Assembly (NCBI GenBank): GCA_009914755.4 | Contig: CP086569.2 | Location: forward strand, 4,000,001 to 4,064,000 | DNA from: the human T2T-CHM13v2.0 reference genome, Homo sapiens | DNA: 64,000 nucleotides | Direction: 5' to 3' | In this document: piece after piece, positions 32,694 through 44,937 of the stretch | Position numbering within the stretch: the stretch's first letter is position 1 | Layout: every line of letters begins with the position of its first letter | The notes under the pieces: generated by a model | What the model saw: the letters and a program-made list of their open reading frames with translations, nothing else | Told to the model about the DNA's origin: nothing | Databases searched by the model: none | Made by a program: the position numbers and the translations under genes

Positions 32694-34874
32694 CCTTGTG
32701 TTTGGGGCAGTTTTTCCAGTTTCACTGAAAAGTTTTACTTGATAAATCTAATAAAAAATGGTAAGAGGATGAGACTTGAGGAGTGTATAGTCTGGATGTC
32801 ATTTCTCCTAGTCATTTTTAAATTCATTCTTGTATCTAGAGAAAAAGATCCTTTGTTAAGCACCTTGGCTGCTTTTCTATCTTTGTCTCCAGGCCCTTGC
32901 ATTCAAAGATGAGTTTATCTAGAAATGTTCAATTCAAGCGATTGCTTAATTGTGATAGAGATGTGGGGGGAATTGGCTTTTGTGCAAACCGTAATAATGC
33001 TGTGGATCTAGTCTTTTTAGAAATGGTTCAACCAGTCCAATATCAATATAGCTGCTTATCACTCTATTCACTTACTTCAAAGTGGCGTTTGTTTTGAGTA
33101 AGAATTTATTTAATTCTCACTGTTAGCTTGAAACCATAGAGATCTTCTCTCTATTTGCCCTACTTCCTTCAAAAGTCAAATGACCTCCTACAAATAAAAG
33201 ACATTCATATTTTCATTTCATATTTGAATGAGTATTTGTTCACTTTATTTGAATGTTATAAGTATAAAAGCACTGAGAAACAAAATATTAAGTACTTGAA
33301 ATTTTGGAGAAAAAAAGTAAGAATAACTAAAAACCATATAGTATGGTACCTCATAAAAGTTAGGGTAGATTTGCATTTTAAAATTGCTCATAAGACAAAA
33401 AAATGTAGACTTTTCCCTGAGGCTCAGTGTGTAATTGTGGTGACATGTATTCAGTAGTATGATAAATTTTGCAGGACAATCTTTAAAATAAGGTTATCTC
33501 TGAGCGACTAGCCAGGATGACCAATTAGATTTAGAACTAAGCTATTTTCTTTCCTCCCAAGATCACTTTGTATCCCGAAGAATTAGTAACAGGAGTCTGA
33601 ATATCTGATGACCAGATTACTCAATAATTTCAAGAGTAAGTAGGAAAGGACAAAATACACATCAAAGGTAGCTGGTACAAATGATAGCTCTGATTATAGT
33701 AGACTGGAAAGGAAGAAAAAACCACAACTTTAGTTATTTTTTCTAGAAAGCCAACTTGATTTCATATGAGTAGATGTATTAGAATTCTGAAATGATATTT
33801 GATATTCTATCTAAATTACATGGTATCAATCATGCCATTTCTAAGGGCTTGCTCAGACCAATATTTAGCACAATGAAAGCAAAGATTATTTTCTAACACC
33901 TATTAGTTCATGCAGCCTTCTTTTTGCAATGTGGATGAAGAGAAGTAACCTGTAAAAGGAGGAAATGGAGGATGAAAAAACGGTAAGGACTTTTCATCTG
34001 GTTCCTGCAGGCTTTTTGTGTGGCTTGTCCTTGATTGCTGCCAGTGACTTCACATAATGTGTTTCTCGTTCATTTACTCTGTCTCCTTGCATCTCCTGTA
34101 CTGAAAGCCAGACTTTAAAATAAAGATAGTCAGCTTTCAGGAGAGGAAAAACAGTAACAACGACAACAACAAAAGCAAAAACAAAAACAAAAAAAAACCT
34201 CTGTTCTTGTAGTTTGAAAGGTATTTGAACCGTCAGAAAATTATTAGACAAATTCTGAAAGGAATGCTAAACACTACAAAAAATTATTTTTGACAAAGAG
34301 AACTCCTTGTGGGGTTATACTTGAAAGATAAAACTTTGAGGAAAAAAAATAGTGCGTTATATAGAAAAAGGGTGAGGAAAGATTTACTGTTTTATTGTAT
34401 ATCTAATATATGGTCCTCCTAGTATAAGTGAGTTTAAAGCTATTATAGAGTAAAAAAAAAAAACTTCTTTAAACACAAATGAAGTTTTATATTCAAACAA
34501 ATTTATTAATTTGCTTCACAAATCAAACCATTTACAGTGGGGGTCAGCAAATTACAGAACTCTGGCCAAATCCAGCCCAATTCCTGTTTTTATGCAGGCC
34601 TCAAGTCAAGAATGGTTGACAGATGAACATTAGCAATTGATTTGATACAGGGAACACTAACTTTGAGCCCCAAGTAAGCAAATATCCAGTCACAATAAGA
34701 GTCATTATTTTTATTAGATTTTCATTAAAATAATTGTACTCAATTTTTATATTTTGAATTTCATCAATACAAATATTGTAGAAACTTGTTTTCCTTTCTG
34801 TTAATGTTGCCTATTGGCCCACAAAGCCTAAAATATTTATTGTTAGCTAATCATTCTAGATTGCATTTGTTATC

Positions 34875-35327
34875 TTTCATGCGCGTCCATGTGAAGAGAC
34901 CGCCAAACAGGCTTTGTGTGAGCAACGAGGCTGTTTATTTCACCTGGGTGCAGGTGGGCTGAGTCCGAAAAGAGAGTCAGTGAAGGGAGATAGGGGTGGG
35001 GCCGTTTTATAGGATTTGGGTAGGTAAAGGAAAATTACAGTCAAAGGGAGGTTGTTCTCTGGCGGGCAGGAGTGGGGGTCACAAGGTGCTCAGTGGGGGG
35101 TGCTTTTTGAGCCATGATGAGCAGGAAAAGGACTTTCACAAGATAATGTCATCACTTAAGGCAAGGACCAGCCATTTATACTTCTGTTGTGGTGGAATGT
35201 CATCAGTTAAGGTGGGGCAGGGCATATTCACTTCTTTTGTGATTCTTCAGTTACTTCAGGCCATCTGGGCATATATGTGCAAGTGACAGGGGATGCGATG
35301 GCTTGGCTTGGGCTCAGAGGCCTGACA
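34875..35327 (-). mobile_element. LTR7-type LTR (HERV-H); this is the 3-prime LTR of the provirus
   Basis: The reverse complement reads tgtcaggcctctgagcccaagccaagccatcgcatcccctgtcacttgcacatatatgcccagatggcctgaagtaactgaagaatcacaaaagaagtgaatatgccctgcccc...aaataaacagcctcgttgctcacacaaagcctgtttggcggtctcttcacatggacgcgcatgaaa. It is about 93 percent identical to the LTR at 40265-40716. Confidence 0.85.
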
Positions 35328-35342
35328 TTCCTGCCTTCTTAT
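35328..35342 (-). promoter_or_regulatory. Polypurine tract immediately upstream (in provirus sense) of the 3-prime LTR
   Basis: Minus-strand ataagaaggcaggaa abuts the tgtcagg LTR start. Confidence 0.55.
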
Positions 35343-37309
35343 ATTAATAAGAAAAATAAAACAAAATAGTGTTGAAGTGTTGGGGTGGCAAAAATTTTGG
35401 GGGGGTGGTATGGAGAGAGAGTGGACGATGTTTCTCAGGGCTGCTTCAAGCGGGATTAGGTGCTGTGTGGGAACCTAGAGTGGGAGAGATTAAGCTGAAG
35501 GGAGGTCTTGTGGTAAGGGGTGATATTGTGGGGATGTTACAAGAAACATTTGTCATACAGAATGATTGCTGATGGCCTGGATATGGTTTTGGATGAATTG
35601 AGAAACTAAATGGAATAAGAGAAGGAGAAAAACAGGTATAAAAGGTCTAAGAATTGGGACGACTCAGGATATCTGATTAGAGAATGCCTAAGGAGATTCA
35701 GCAGAGTCCTGCCAGCAAAGATTATTTATTTACTTCAAGAGTTAAGAGTGGCAATTTGGGGATAGCACCAGGAAATATCACCTGTGATGGCTTGGAAAAA
35801 CAGTGTAAACTGGCAGTGTAAACAAGAGCAGGGCATGTATGAGTAGTTGAGAACGGTAAATAGGAGTATGACTAGACAGAAGATAGCAGGGATGACAAGT
35901 TTTCTGGGGCACAGTCTAAGTTGCTCTGGTGTCTGCAATGAGACTGGGGCCTAATAAAAAGGAGCATCTATACAGGAGCTTAAATGGGCTGTACCCTGTA
36001 GCATTCCGAAGACAGGCCTGAATTCTGAGAAGGGAAAGTGGTAAAAGTATTGTCCAGTCCTTTTTAAGTTGGTAGCTGAGCTTGGTGAGGTGTGTTTTTA
36101 AAAGACCTTTAGTCCATTCTACTTTTCTTGAAGATGGAGGACCGTAAGGGATATAAAGGTTTCACTGAATACTAAGAGCCTGAAAAACTGCTTGGCTGAT
36201 TTGACTAATAAAGGCTGGTCTGTTATCAGACTGTATAGAGGTGGGAAGGCTAAACTGAGGAATTATGTCTGACAGGAGGGAAGAAATGACTGTGGTGGCC
36301 TTCTCAGACCCTGTAGGAAAGGCCTTTACTTATTCAGTGAAAGTGTCTATTTAGACTAAGAGGTATTTTAGTTTCCTGAATCAGGGCATGTTGAGTAAGC
36401 TAATTTGCCAGTCCTGAGTGGCAGCAAATCCTCGAGCTTGATGTGTAGGGAAGGGAGGGGGCCTGAATAATCCCTGAGGAGTAGTAGAATAGCAGATGGA
36501 ACACTGAGAAGTTATTTCCTTGAGGATAGATTTCCACGATGGAAAGGAAATGAGAGGTTCTGAGAGGCGGGCTAGTGGCTTGTACTATAGCATAGCCTGC
36601 CTTTGCTGGTGTGTGGTGATTAGGCCTGGTAGAACTGCCATCAATAAATCAAGCGTGATCAGGGTGAGGAACAGAAAAGAAGGAAATATGGGGAAATGGG
36701 GTGAATATCAGGTGGATCAGAGAGATACAGTCATGGGGGTCAGGTGTGGTATCAGGAATAATGTGAGAGGCCAGATTGAAGTCTGGGCCAGGAACAATGG
36801 TAACTGTGGGACTTAAAGAGTGAGTACAGCTGAAGGAGCTGGGGAGCAGAAAGTATATGTGTCAGGTATGAGGAAGACAATAGATTTTGGAAGTTATGAG
36901 AAATGTAGAGAGTGAGTTGAGCATAGTTTGTGATTTTTAGGGCCTCTAACAGTATTAAAGCAGTGGCAGCTGCTGCACGCAGACATGAGGGCTAGGCTAA
37001 AACAGTAAGGTCAAGTTGTTTGGACAGAAAGCCTACACTGTGTGGTCCTGGCCCTTGTGTAAGAATTCTGACCGCACTAACCATGCCTAGGAAAGAAAGG
37101 AGTTGCTCTTTTTTAAGGGATTGAGGTTTGGGAGATTAATCAGACATGATCAGCAGGGAGAGCACGTGTGTTTTTATGAGAATTATGCTGAGATAGGTAA
37201 CAGATGAGGATGAAATTTGGGCTTGACTGAAGTAATGGGGGCTGTCTGTGAAGCCTTGAGGCAGTACAGCCCAGGTAATTTGCTGAGCCTAATGGGTGTC
37301 AGGGTCAGT

Positions 37310-37702
37310 CTAAGTGAAGGCAAAGAGAGGCTGGGATGAAAGGTGCAAAGGAATAGTAAAGAAAGCATGTTTGAGATCCAGAACAGAATAATGGGTAGTA
37401 GAGGGAGCTATTGAGGATAGGAGAGTATACAGGTTTGGCACCATGGGGTGGATAGACGAAACAATTTGGTTGATAAGGCACAGATTCTGAACTAACTTGT
37501 AAGCCTTGTCTGGTTTTAGGACAGGTAAAATGGGGGAATGGTAAGGAGAGTTTATAGGTTTTAGAAGCCCATGCTGTAGCAGGCAAGTGATAACGGGCTT
37601 TAATCCTTTTACAGCATGCTGTGGGATGGGATATTGGCATTGAGTGGGGTAAGGGTGATTAGGTTTTAATGAGATGGTAAGGGGTGCATGATCAGTCACC
37701 AA
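37310..37702 (-). pseudogene. HERV-H pol remnant (gammaretroviral-type RT N-terminal region)
   Basis: ORF MVTDHAPLTISLKPNHPYPTQ...LLQHGLLKPINSPYHSPILPVLKPDKAYKLVQNLCLINQIV...LDLKHAFFTIPLHLSSQPLFAFT resembles MLV-like RT (LKDAFFCIPLHPxSQPLFAF). Confidence 0.7.
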
Positions 37703-37890
37703 GGAGGGAGTAGAGGTATCTTATACTTCTGGGTTAAGGTGGGGGAATACTAGAGGAGGATGCAAAGGATGCTTTGGATTGGGAAGAAGGGCAGCAATGA
37801 GATGCGGCTATAGTCCAGGAATAGTCAGGTAAGCAGATAATTTGGTTAAAATATCTCAGCCTAATAAGGGAACTGGGCAGGTGGGGATAA

Positions 37891-38079
37891 CTAAAAAAGA
37901 GTGCATAAAAGAGTATCCTCTAATTTGGCACCAGAGTTGGGAGTTTTAAGAGGTTTAGAAGCCTGGCTGTCAATACCCACAACAGTTATGGAGGCAAGGG
38001 AAACAGGCCCTTGAAAAGAAGGTAATGTGGAGTGGGTAGCCTCTGTATTGATTAAGAAGGGAATGGACTTACCCTCCAC
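37891..38079 (-). pseudogene. HERV-H protease remnant with a mutated active site
   Basis: PFLINTEATHSTL compares with the gammaretroviral FLVDTGAxHSVL motif; D to N and G to E changes imply inactivity. Confidence 0.5.
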
Positions 38080-38159
38080 TGTGAGAGTTACTTAAAGCTC
38101 GGCATCCGTGATGGTCTACCGGGCTTCTGAGGCAATCAGGCAGCATCAGTCTTCAGCCG

Positions 38160-38486
38160 CTAAGCCAAGAAGGAGTCAGTCAGAGAGCCTTGGGCCAGAG
38201 TTCCAGGGGCTCTGGGAGTGGCTGCCAGGTGAGTTGAACAGTCCAATTTCCAGTGGGGTCCCGCACAGATGGGACATGGCTTAGGAGGAATCCTGGGCTG
38301 CAGGCATTCCTTGGCCTGGTGGTCAGATTTCTGGCACTTGTAGCAAGCTCCTGGGGGAGGAGGTTCTGGAGGAATGCCTGGCCGCTGTGGTTCAGGCATT
38401 TGGAAGTTCTTGTGTGCTGGATATGTGGCTGGGGTTTGTCTCACAGTGGAGGCAAGGAATTGCAACTTTTTTATGTTATTGTACAC
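38160..38486 (-). pseudogene. HERV-H gag nucleocapsid remnant with two CCHC-like zinc knuckles
   Basis: CYKCQKSDHQAKEC (CX2CX4HX4C) and CPICAGPHWKLDC. The N-terminal MYNNIKKLQFLASTVRQTPATYPAH looks like a capsid C-terminus. Confidence 0.7.
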
Positions 38487-39399
38487 CTTGAAGGTGAGGT
38501 TAATTAAGTCCTGTTGTGGGGTTTGAGGGCCAGATTCTAATTTTTGGAGTTTTATTTAATGTCAGGAGCAGATTGGGTAATAAAATGTATATTGAGAATA
38601 AGATGGCCTTTTGACCTTTTAGGGTCTAGGGCTGTAAAGTGTCTCAGGGTTGCTGCTGAACGAGCCATGAACTGGGCTGGGTTTTTATATTTGATAAAAA
38701 AGAGCCTAAATGCTTCTGATTTGGGATAAAGAAAAAGGAGCATTAACCTTGACTATGCCTTTGGCTCCAACCACCTTTTTAAGAGTAAATTGCTGGGCAG
38801 GTGGGGGAGGGCTAGTCAAAGAATGAAACTGTAAGCAGGACCAGGTGTGAGGAGGGGAGGTAATAAAAAGATTACAGGGTGGAGGAGTGGAGGCTGAGGG
38901 AGAATTGGGACCTAGTTTGGCCTGGCGAGGAGGGGAGAGGGCAGATGGGTCTGTAGAAAAGGAAGATTAGAAAGACTCAGCGACGCTTGGGGTTGGGACT
39001 GAGGGGACAGGCAGGAGGGAAAGAAGGAAGGTTTGGGATGAGCTGCACTGGGCACAGAGACTAGGAAGGGACTGATGTGTAAAAGAATGCCTGGACATCA
39101 GGCACCTCAGACCATTTGCCTATTTTATGACAAGAATTATTTAGATCTTGTAGGATGGAAAAATTGAAAGCGCCATTTTCCGGCTATTTGGAACTACTGT
39201 CGGGTTTGTATTGGGGTCAAGCGGCATTGCAGAAGAAAATAAGATGCTTAGATTTTAGGTCAGGTGAGAGTTGAAGAGGTTTTAAGTTCTTAAGAATATA
39301 AGCTAAGGGAGAAGAAGGAGGAATGGAAGGTGGAAACTTGCCCATAGTGAAGGAGGCAAGCCCAGAGAAAAGAGTAGAGACACAGGAAGAGGTGGGGGG

Positions 39400-39810
39400 T
39401 TCTTGCCCTCCAGAAAAGCAGAGAAAGGGTTGGGCCATGGAAATAAGGAATTGGGGCACAGAGATAAGAGGTTGGGGTTCAGAAATAAGGGATTGGGGCA
39501 CAGAGATAAGAGGTCGGGGTTCAGAAATAAGGGATTGGGGAGTTCTTGCCCCCTAGGAAAGCAGGACTTGCCGCTAAGGGTGAAGGAGAAGGGGTTGAGG
39601 GGTACTTGCCCCTCCCCCAGAAAAGCAGAGAAGGGGTAGAGACATGGAGAGAAGGGGTTGGGGTACTTGCCCTTTCCCCAGAAAAGCAGAGAAGGGGTAG
39701 AGACAAGGAGAGAAGGGGTACTTGCCTTTTCCCTGGAAAAGCAGAGAAGGGGTAGAGACAAGGAGAGAAGGGGTTGGGGTACTTGCCCCTTCCCCTGAAA
39801 AGCGGGACTT
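39400..39810. repeat. Tandem repeat array inside the HERV-H leader/gag N-terminal region: a roughly 42-bp unit x2, then a roughly 57-bp unit x4
   Basis: ggaaataaggaattggggcacagagataagaggttggggttca x2. Then ggggtacttgcccct(c)cccagaaaagcagagaaggggtagagaca[at]ggagagaagg(ggtt) x4, with partial copies at both ends. Confidence 0.8.
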
Positions 39811-40244
39811 TCTGCTAAGGGTGAAGGACCAAGGCAGGCATCCCTGCGTGGTCTGACACCCTTGAAACGTGGGTGAATAATCAGAGAGGTGTCCCTGCAA
39901 TGATTAAACGCCAAGGGAAAGCTGCCTTCCCAGTCCGTGACCGGCGCCGGAGTTTTGGGTCCACGGATAAAATGTGTCTCCTTTGTCTCTACCAAAAAAT
40001 GAAAGGAATTGAAATTAAGAGAAAGGAGAGATTGAAGTGTGGCGCCAAGATTGAAAGGAGAAAGAGGTTGAGGGATAGTGAGGGAGGTTGGAGAAGAGAG
40101 TAAAAAGAGGCCACTTACCGGATTTGAAATTGGTGAGATGTTTCTTGGGCTGGTCAGTCTGAGGACCTGAGGTCATAGGTGGATCTTTCTCATGGAGCAA
40201 AGAGCAGGAGGACAGGGGATTGATCTCCCAAGGGAGGTCCCCCA

Positions 40245-40262
40245 ATCCGAGTCACAGCACCA
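40245..40262 (-). promoter_or_regulatory. Primer-binding site complementary to the tRNA-His 3-prime end (17/18 match)
   Basis: Minus-strand tggtgctgtgactcggat against canonical TGGTGCCGTGACTCGGAT. It lies 2 nt downstream of the 5-prime LTR end. Confidence 0.75.
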
Positions 40263-40264
40263 AA

Positions 40265-40716
40265 TTTCATGCGCATCCGTGTGAAGAGACCACCAAACAG
40301 GCTTTGTGTGAGCAACGTGGCTGTTTATTTCACCTGGGTGCAGGCGGGCTGAGTCCAAAAAGAGAGTCAGCGAAGGGAGTTAGGGGTGGGGCTGTTTTAT
40401 AGGATTTGGGTAGGTAAAGGAAAATTATAGTCAAAGGGGGGTTGTTCTCTGGAGGGCAGGAGTGGGGGTTGCAAGGTGCTCAGTGGGGGTGCTTTTTGAG
40501 CCAGGATGAGCCAGGAAAAGGACTTTCACAAGGTAATGTCATCAGTTAAGGCAAGGACCGGCCGTTTGCACTTCTTTTGTGGTGGAATGTCATCAGTTAA
40601 GGAGGGCAGGGCGTATTCACTTCTTTTGTGATTCTTCAGTTACTTCAGGCCATCTGGGTGTATACGTGCAAGTGACAGGGGATGCGATGGCTTGGCTTGG
40701 GCTCAGAGGCCTGATG
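40265..40716 (-). mobile_element. LTR7-type LTR (HERV-H); this is the 5-prime LTR of the provirus
   Basis: Co-linear with the 34875-35327 LTR, with about 31 differences over about 452 bp. The start is mutated from TGTCAGG to CATCAGG. The 5-bp direct repeat ttatc flanks the provirus at 34870-34874 and 40717-40721. Confidence 0.85.
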
Positions 40717-41443
40717 TTATCTTTACTAATAAACAACCTAGAATAATTATATATGACCAGTTTTTATTATCATGGAAATGAAATGGAATAAATATGACAG
40801 TATGTTGTAGATTTAAATTTGCCAATAGTTGAAGAGACTGAGGCTTTTTAAAGGTATGTTTCTCTTTTTAAAAGGAGTCTTTCAACACCACATATGTTAC
40901 CCATGAATTGTGTTTTTTCTGAAAAAGAATATGAGGAACAATTCGAGGGAATTTTTTATTCTACTGTCCTTTTTATCAGCCAATATTCCAGTTTGGTAAA
41001 CTATGTAGTATTATCACAGATTATAAATTGAAGCCTTTGATCTCTTTCTGATTGTACATCTAGTTTGTTTAAACGCATTCATTTCCCAAAATATTATCTA
41101 AAACTTGCTGATATTTGTATTGTATTTCAGTTGTAACTGAATCATTTAACATAACTATTTTTGTTTTCAAGACTGATATGTAAATTCCATGACTGAAAGG
41201 ATCACATATTCTATATATCTGATGCCTGTCTTTCTTCCTATCTGTCAATTTTTCCATTTTACTCTACAAATGTAGGATTACATAAGTGTTCTGTTAATGA
41301 TATTCCCCAAATCATGTTTGCAAGGGCCCTCTTTAATCTTTTAAGAGCAGTCTATGAACACCTCCTCTTCTGAGAAACTAAACATAAATCCTTTTTTCAA
41401 ATAAAAAGTATCTGTGGCTAAGGGAGGAGACCACCCCTCATAT

Positions 41444-41866
41444 TGTCTTATGCCCAATTTCTGCGTCCAAAGAAAGAAGAAGTAAAAACTAAAAGTGGGA
41501 AATGAAATCCACAATCAGACAGCCCTGCACCACACCCTGGGCCTGGTAGTTAAAGATCGAACCCTGACCTAATGGGTTACTTGCATAAGAAAAGCACTGT
41601 GAAGATCCCTGTCCTGTTCTGTTCCATTCTAATTACAGGTGCATGCAGCCCCCAGTCATGTACACCCTGCTTGCTCAATTGATCAAGACCCTCTCACAGG
41701 GACCGCCTTAGAGTTGTGAGCCCTTAAAAGGGACAGGAATTCCTCACTCAGAGAGCTCAGTTGTTGGAGATGTGAGTCTTGCCGAAGCTCCCCACCGAAT
41801 AAAGCTCTTCCTTCTTCAACTCGGTGTCTGAGGGGTTTTGCCTGCGGCTTGTCCTGCTACATGCCT
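41444..41866 (+). mobile_element. Probable solo LTR (ERV1-like), family unresolved
   Basis: TG...CA termini (tgtcttatgccc ... ctacatgcctaca). An internal ...gagctcagttgttggagatgtgagtcttgccgaagctccccaccgaataaagctcttccttcttcaactcggtgtctgagg resembles the U3-R-U5 architecture of a polyadenylation signal followed by a GT-rich stretch. Confidence 0.4.
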
Positions 41867-44800
41867 ACATCATAATTGTGAAATAAAACCAACAGTGTTA
41901 TCTTGGTCATGACTAAATCAACAAAGAATTAGTCCCTGAGCTAAAAATTGTTACCAGTACACGAGGGGCCACCAATATCTCTCCCAAGTGGTAGAAAACC
42001 AAAAATAAAATGCTAAGCCTCCCAACCAAATAAATGTATGACCTCTTGCCTGAGGGGATTCTAAAGAAACCTGAAATACTAGTTCAGGCCATGAGGAGGT
42101 GGGGGTTAGACATGCTTCCCTTTGGAGTTTAGGCACAACTGACCAGCATTAACATTAAAATAGAGATTATAACACTGACAAAAGAAACTCTTTGTAGCAT
42201 TACAATACCCAACTGCAACCTGACTCTGGTATAGCATTATGTGACAGATAACAGGCCCCAAAGGCAATTAAAATGTTTTGCCCCAAAATATATTTCTTTA
42301 GCATATTTAGGAATGACTCTGCAAAGCCATCTCTTGTGAGGGAAATTTCCATTCTGTATATAATCCCTTCCTTTACTAGATCTTTTCCAGAGAGTCTGAC
42401 ACCATTTAAGGTCCTTATAAGAGACATTTACCATCTGTTCTCTCTGAAGCCTAATACCTGGAAGCTTCATCTACATAAGAACCTTGGTTTCCACAAGTCC
42501 TACCTTGTCTTAACTCAAGCATTTCTTTATGCTGAATTCAATTCTTCAGCCAGGGCTTAATTCTTTCAACCAGTTGCTGATCAGAAAAATCTTTGAATCC
42601 ACCCATGACCTGGAAGCCCCTACTTTGAAATGTCCTGCCTTTCTAGGCAGAATCAATGTATGCCTTCCATGTATTGATTTATTTATTTGCCTGCAACTTC
42701 TATCTCCTTAAAATGTATAAAGTCACACTGTGACACAATGAACATGGGCACATGTTATCAGGACCTCCTCAGGCTGTGTCATGGGCCATGCTCCTTAACC
42801 TTAGCAAATAAACCTCTAAAATGATTGAAACTTATCATGGGTATTTTCTTTGATTTATATAGTTTAATGTGCAAATCTGCCTAAGTTGTTTAAATAGATA
42901 ATAGGTCCCATCAAATTCTTTGGTTTATGGAATGTTAATAGGCAGAACATCCTAATCTTTCTGGAGGCAAGTTATATGCCAAATGTTGGAAAGGATGGAA
43001 CCCAGTGTGATAATATGGCTATGAGTTTCTCCTCTATACTATTTCAGTTTTCTATTATTTGTATAATAGACTCACAACAATATCATTGATCTAAGAAATC
43101 TGAGCATGCTTTTTCCTCCAAAACTTATTGAATAATAATTAATGTATTAGGATTCTTCAGAGAAAAATAATTAACTGGATATCTACAGATATGTACAAAG
43201 ATTGATTATAAGGGATTGGCTCATGCCATTATAGAGGCTGAGAAGTCCCATGATCTGCTATCTGCAAGCTGGAGGATCAAGAAAATCAGTGATGTAGTTC
43301 TAATTTAAGCCCAAGGCTTGAGATCCAGAGGAACCAATGACGTCAGTAAATCCCAGTTCAAGTCTGAAGGCCTGAGAACCAGGGACAATGATGTCTAAAG
43401 GAAGGAAAAGATGAATGTCCTGTATCAAAAGGAGAAAATGAATTTTCTCTTCATTTGGCTTTTTGTTTTATTCATCCTTCAGGAGACTGGATGATGCCCA
43501 CCCACACTGGTGAGGACAATTGTCTTTCAGTATATTGATTAAAAGAATGATCTCTTCCAGAAACATCCTTACAGGTATCACTAGAAATAATGTTTCACCA
43601 GTTATCTGGGCATCCTTTAGCACAGTCAAGCTGAAATGTCACATTAACCATCACAATTAATCTACCAGTTTGAAATAAATATATCCTTCATGTGTGGTAA
43701 AACAAAGCCACTAAGTATTCTATGACCACAGACAAGAAACTAACAGCTCTGTGCTTAGTTTTTCATTTGTTTGTTTCTGAAATTAGGGTAATAATAGTAT
43801 CTACTCCACAAGATTGTTGTGCACATTAAGTGTTCATAAATTTTATGTGAGTTCTTAAAAATAACAAACACATATATAAGACAATATTTGCCAAGCATTA
43901 TTCTTAGCCCTTTTCCAAATGTTAACTCATTTAATGTACATAACAATGAGGTATGTACTGTAATTGCATTCACGTTACAGAGAAGGAGACTGAGGCATAG
44001 GGAGAAAAACTGATTCACCTTAAGTTACAAAGCTAGTAAGTGACATTAAACAGTACCTGATGTATCGCAGTTGCTCATTCATTATTATTACGGTTATTAT
44101 TACTATCACTTTATGAAATTTGATTATGCTTTTTATGACTTCCTATACTATTGAATTTGGATAAAAGTGTTGGTTCTATTATAAGTTAATGAATTTAAAC
44201 ATATTGGATATGTTTCTCTCCATTTCAGTAATTATCATTATTGATCCTACAATTTTCATATCTTTGAATTATGCTTTGAAGAATTAGAAACCTCTTCAGA
44301 TTGCCTCTTAAATTCTTTTGATACAACTCAGTAGTTTTGATAGATTTTTATTCATGACAAAATAAGAAAAATCCTAATTTGTCACTCTTGGAGGTTGTTA
44401 AAACATCAGTTCATCACTGGAGATTTGTAAATGAATTGATTCAAACATTAATTTTGCCTTTACTTTATACACTGTACTTCCAGAAAACCACAAACTCAAT
44501 AAGTAGATGTTTCTCATTATTCTTTGTACAGTAGTATTCCAGGTAATTAAAAACAAAGGAATTTTAAGTTTGAATACCAATATTTTCTGATAATTAATAA
44601 CAAAGGAATTTTAAGTTTGAATACCAATATTTTCTAAGGCCTAATTAATTAATGTATCTATGCAATAATCATCAGTGGCTTAGGGATGCTATTATCATAT
44701 TAAGGGAGACAGCCAAATGTTACGTGTCCATGATGGAAGTATGAAACCCCACAAATGACATAGGCTTACCACACAATTGATCCTGAATCTGATCAAATCT

Positions 44801-44908
44801 GCAGTCCAGAACTACTTAGTGTAATATATAAATGTTATATAATCCATACTAATAAAAATAGTAGACACAAGCCAAATGTAGTGGCTGTATGTATATATAC
44901 ATACATTC

Positions 44909-44937
44909 ATACACACACACACACACACACACACACA
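44909..44937. repeat. (CA)n microsatellite
   Basis: acacacacacacacacacacacacacaca. Confidence 0.95.

Larger units (their letters stand above)
35328..40264 (-). mobile_element. HERV-H internal region (the common deleted form): leader, gag with a repeat array, protease and pol remnants, with env largely absent
   Basis: It is bounded by two LTR7-type LTRs and a tRNA-His primer-binding site. gag NC zinc knuckles at 38160-38486, a PR remnant at 37891-38079, and the RT N-terminus at 37310-37702, all on the minus strand. Confidence 0.85.

Noticed and set aside
42180-42830. Possible additional old LTR or MER fragment (cctcaggctgtgtcatgggcc...gcaaataaacc)
   Set aside because: I could not align it to a family I recognise with confidence. 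It is left unannotated; a RepeatMasker run would resolve it.
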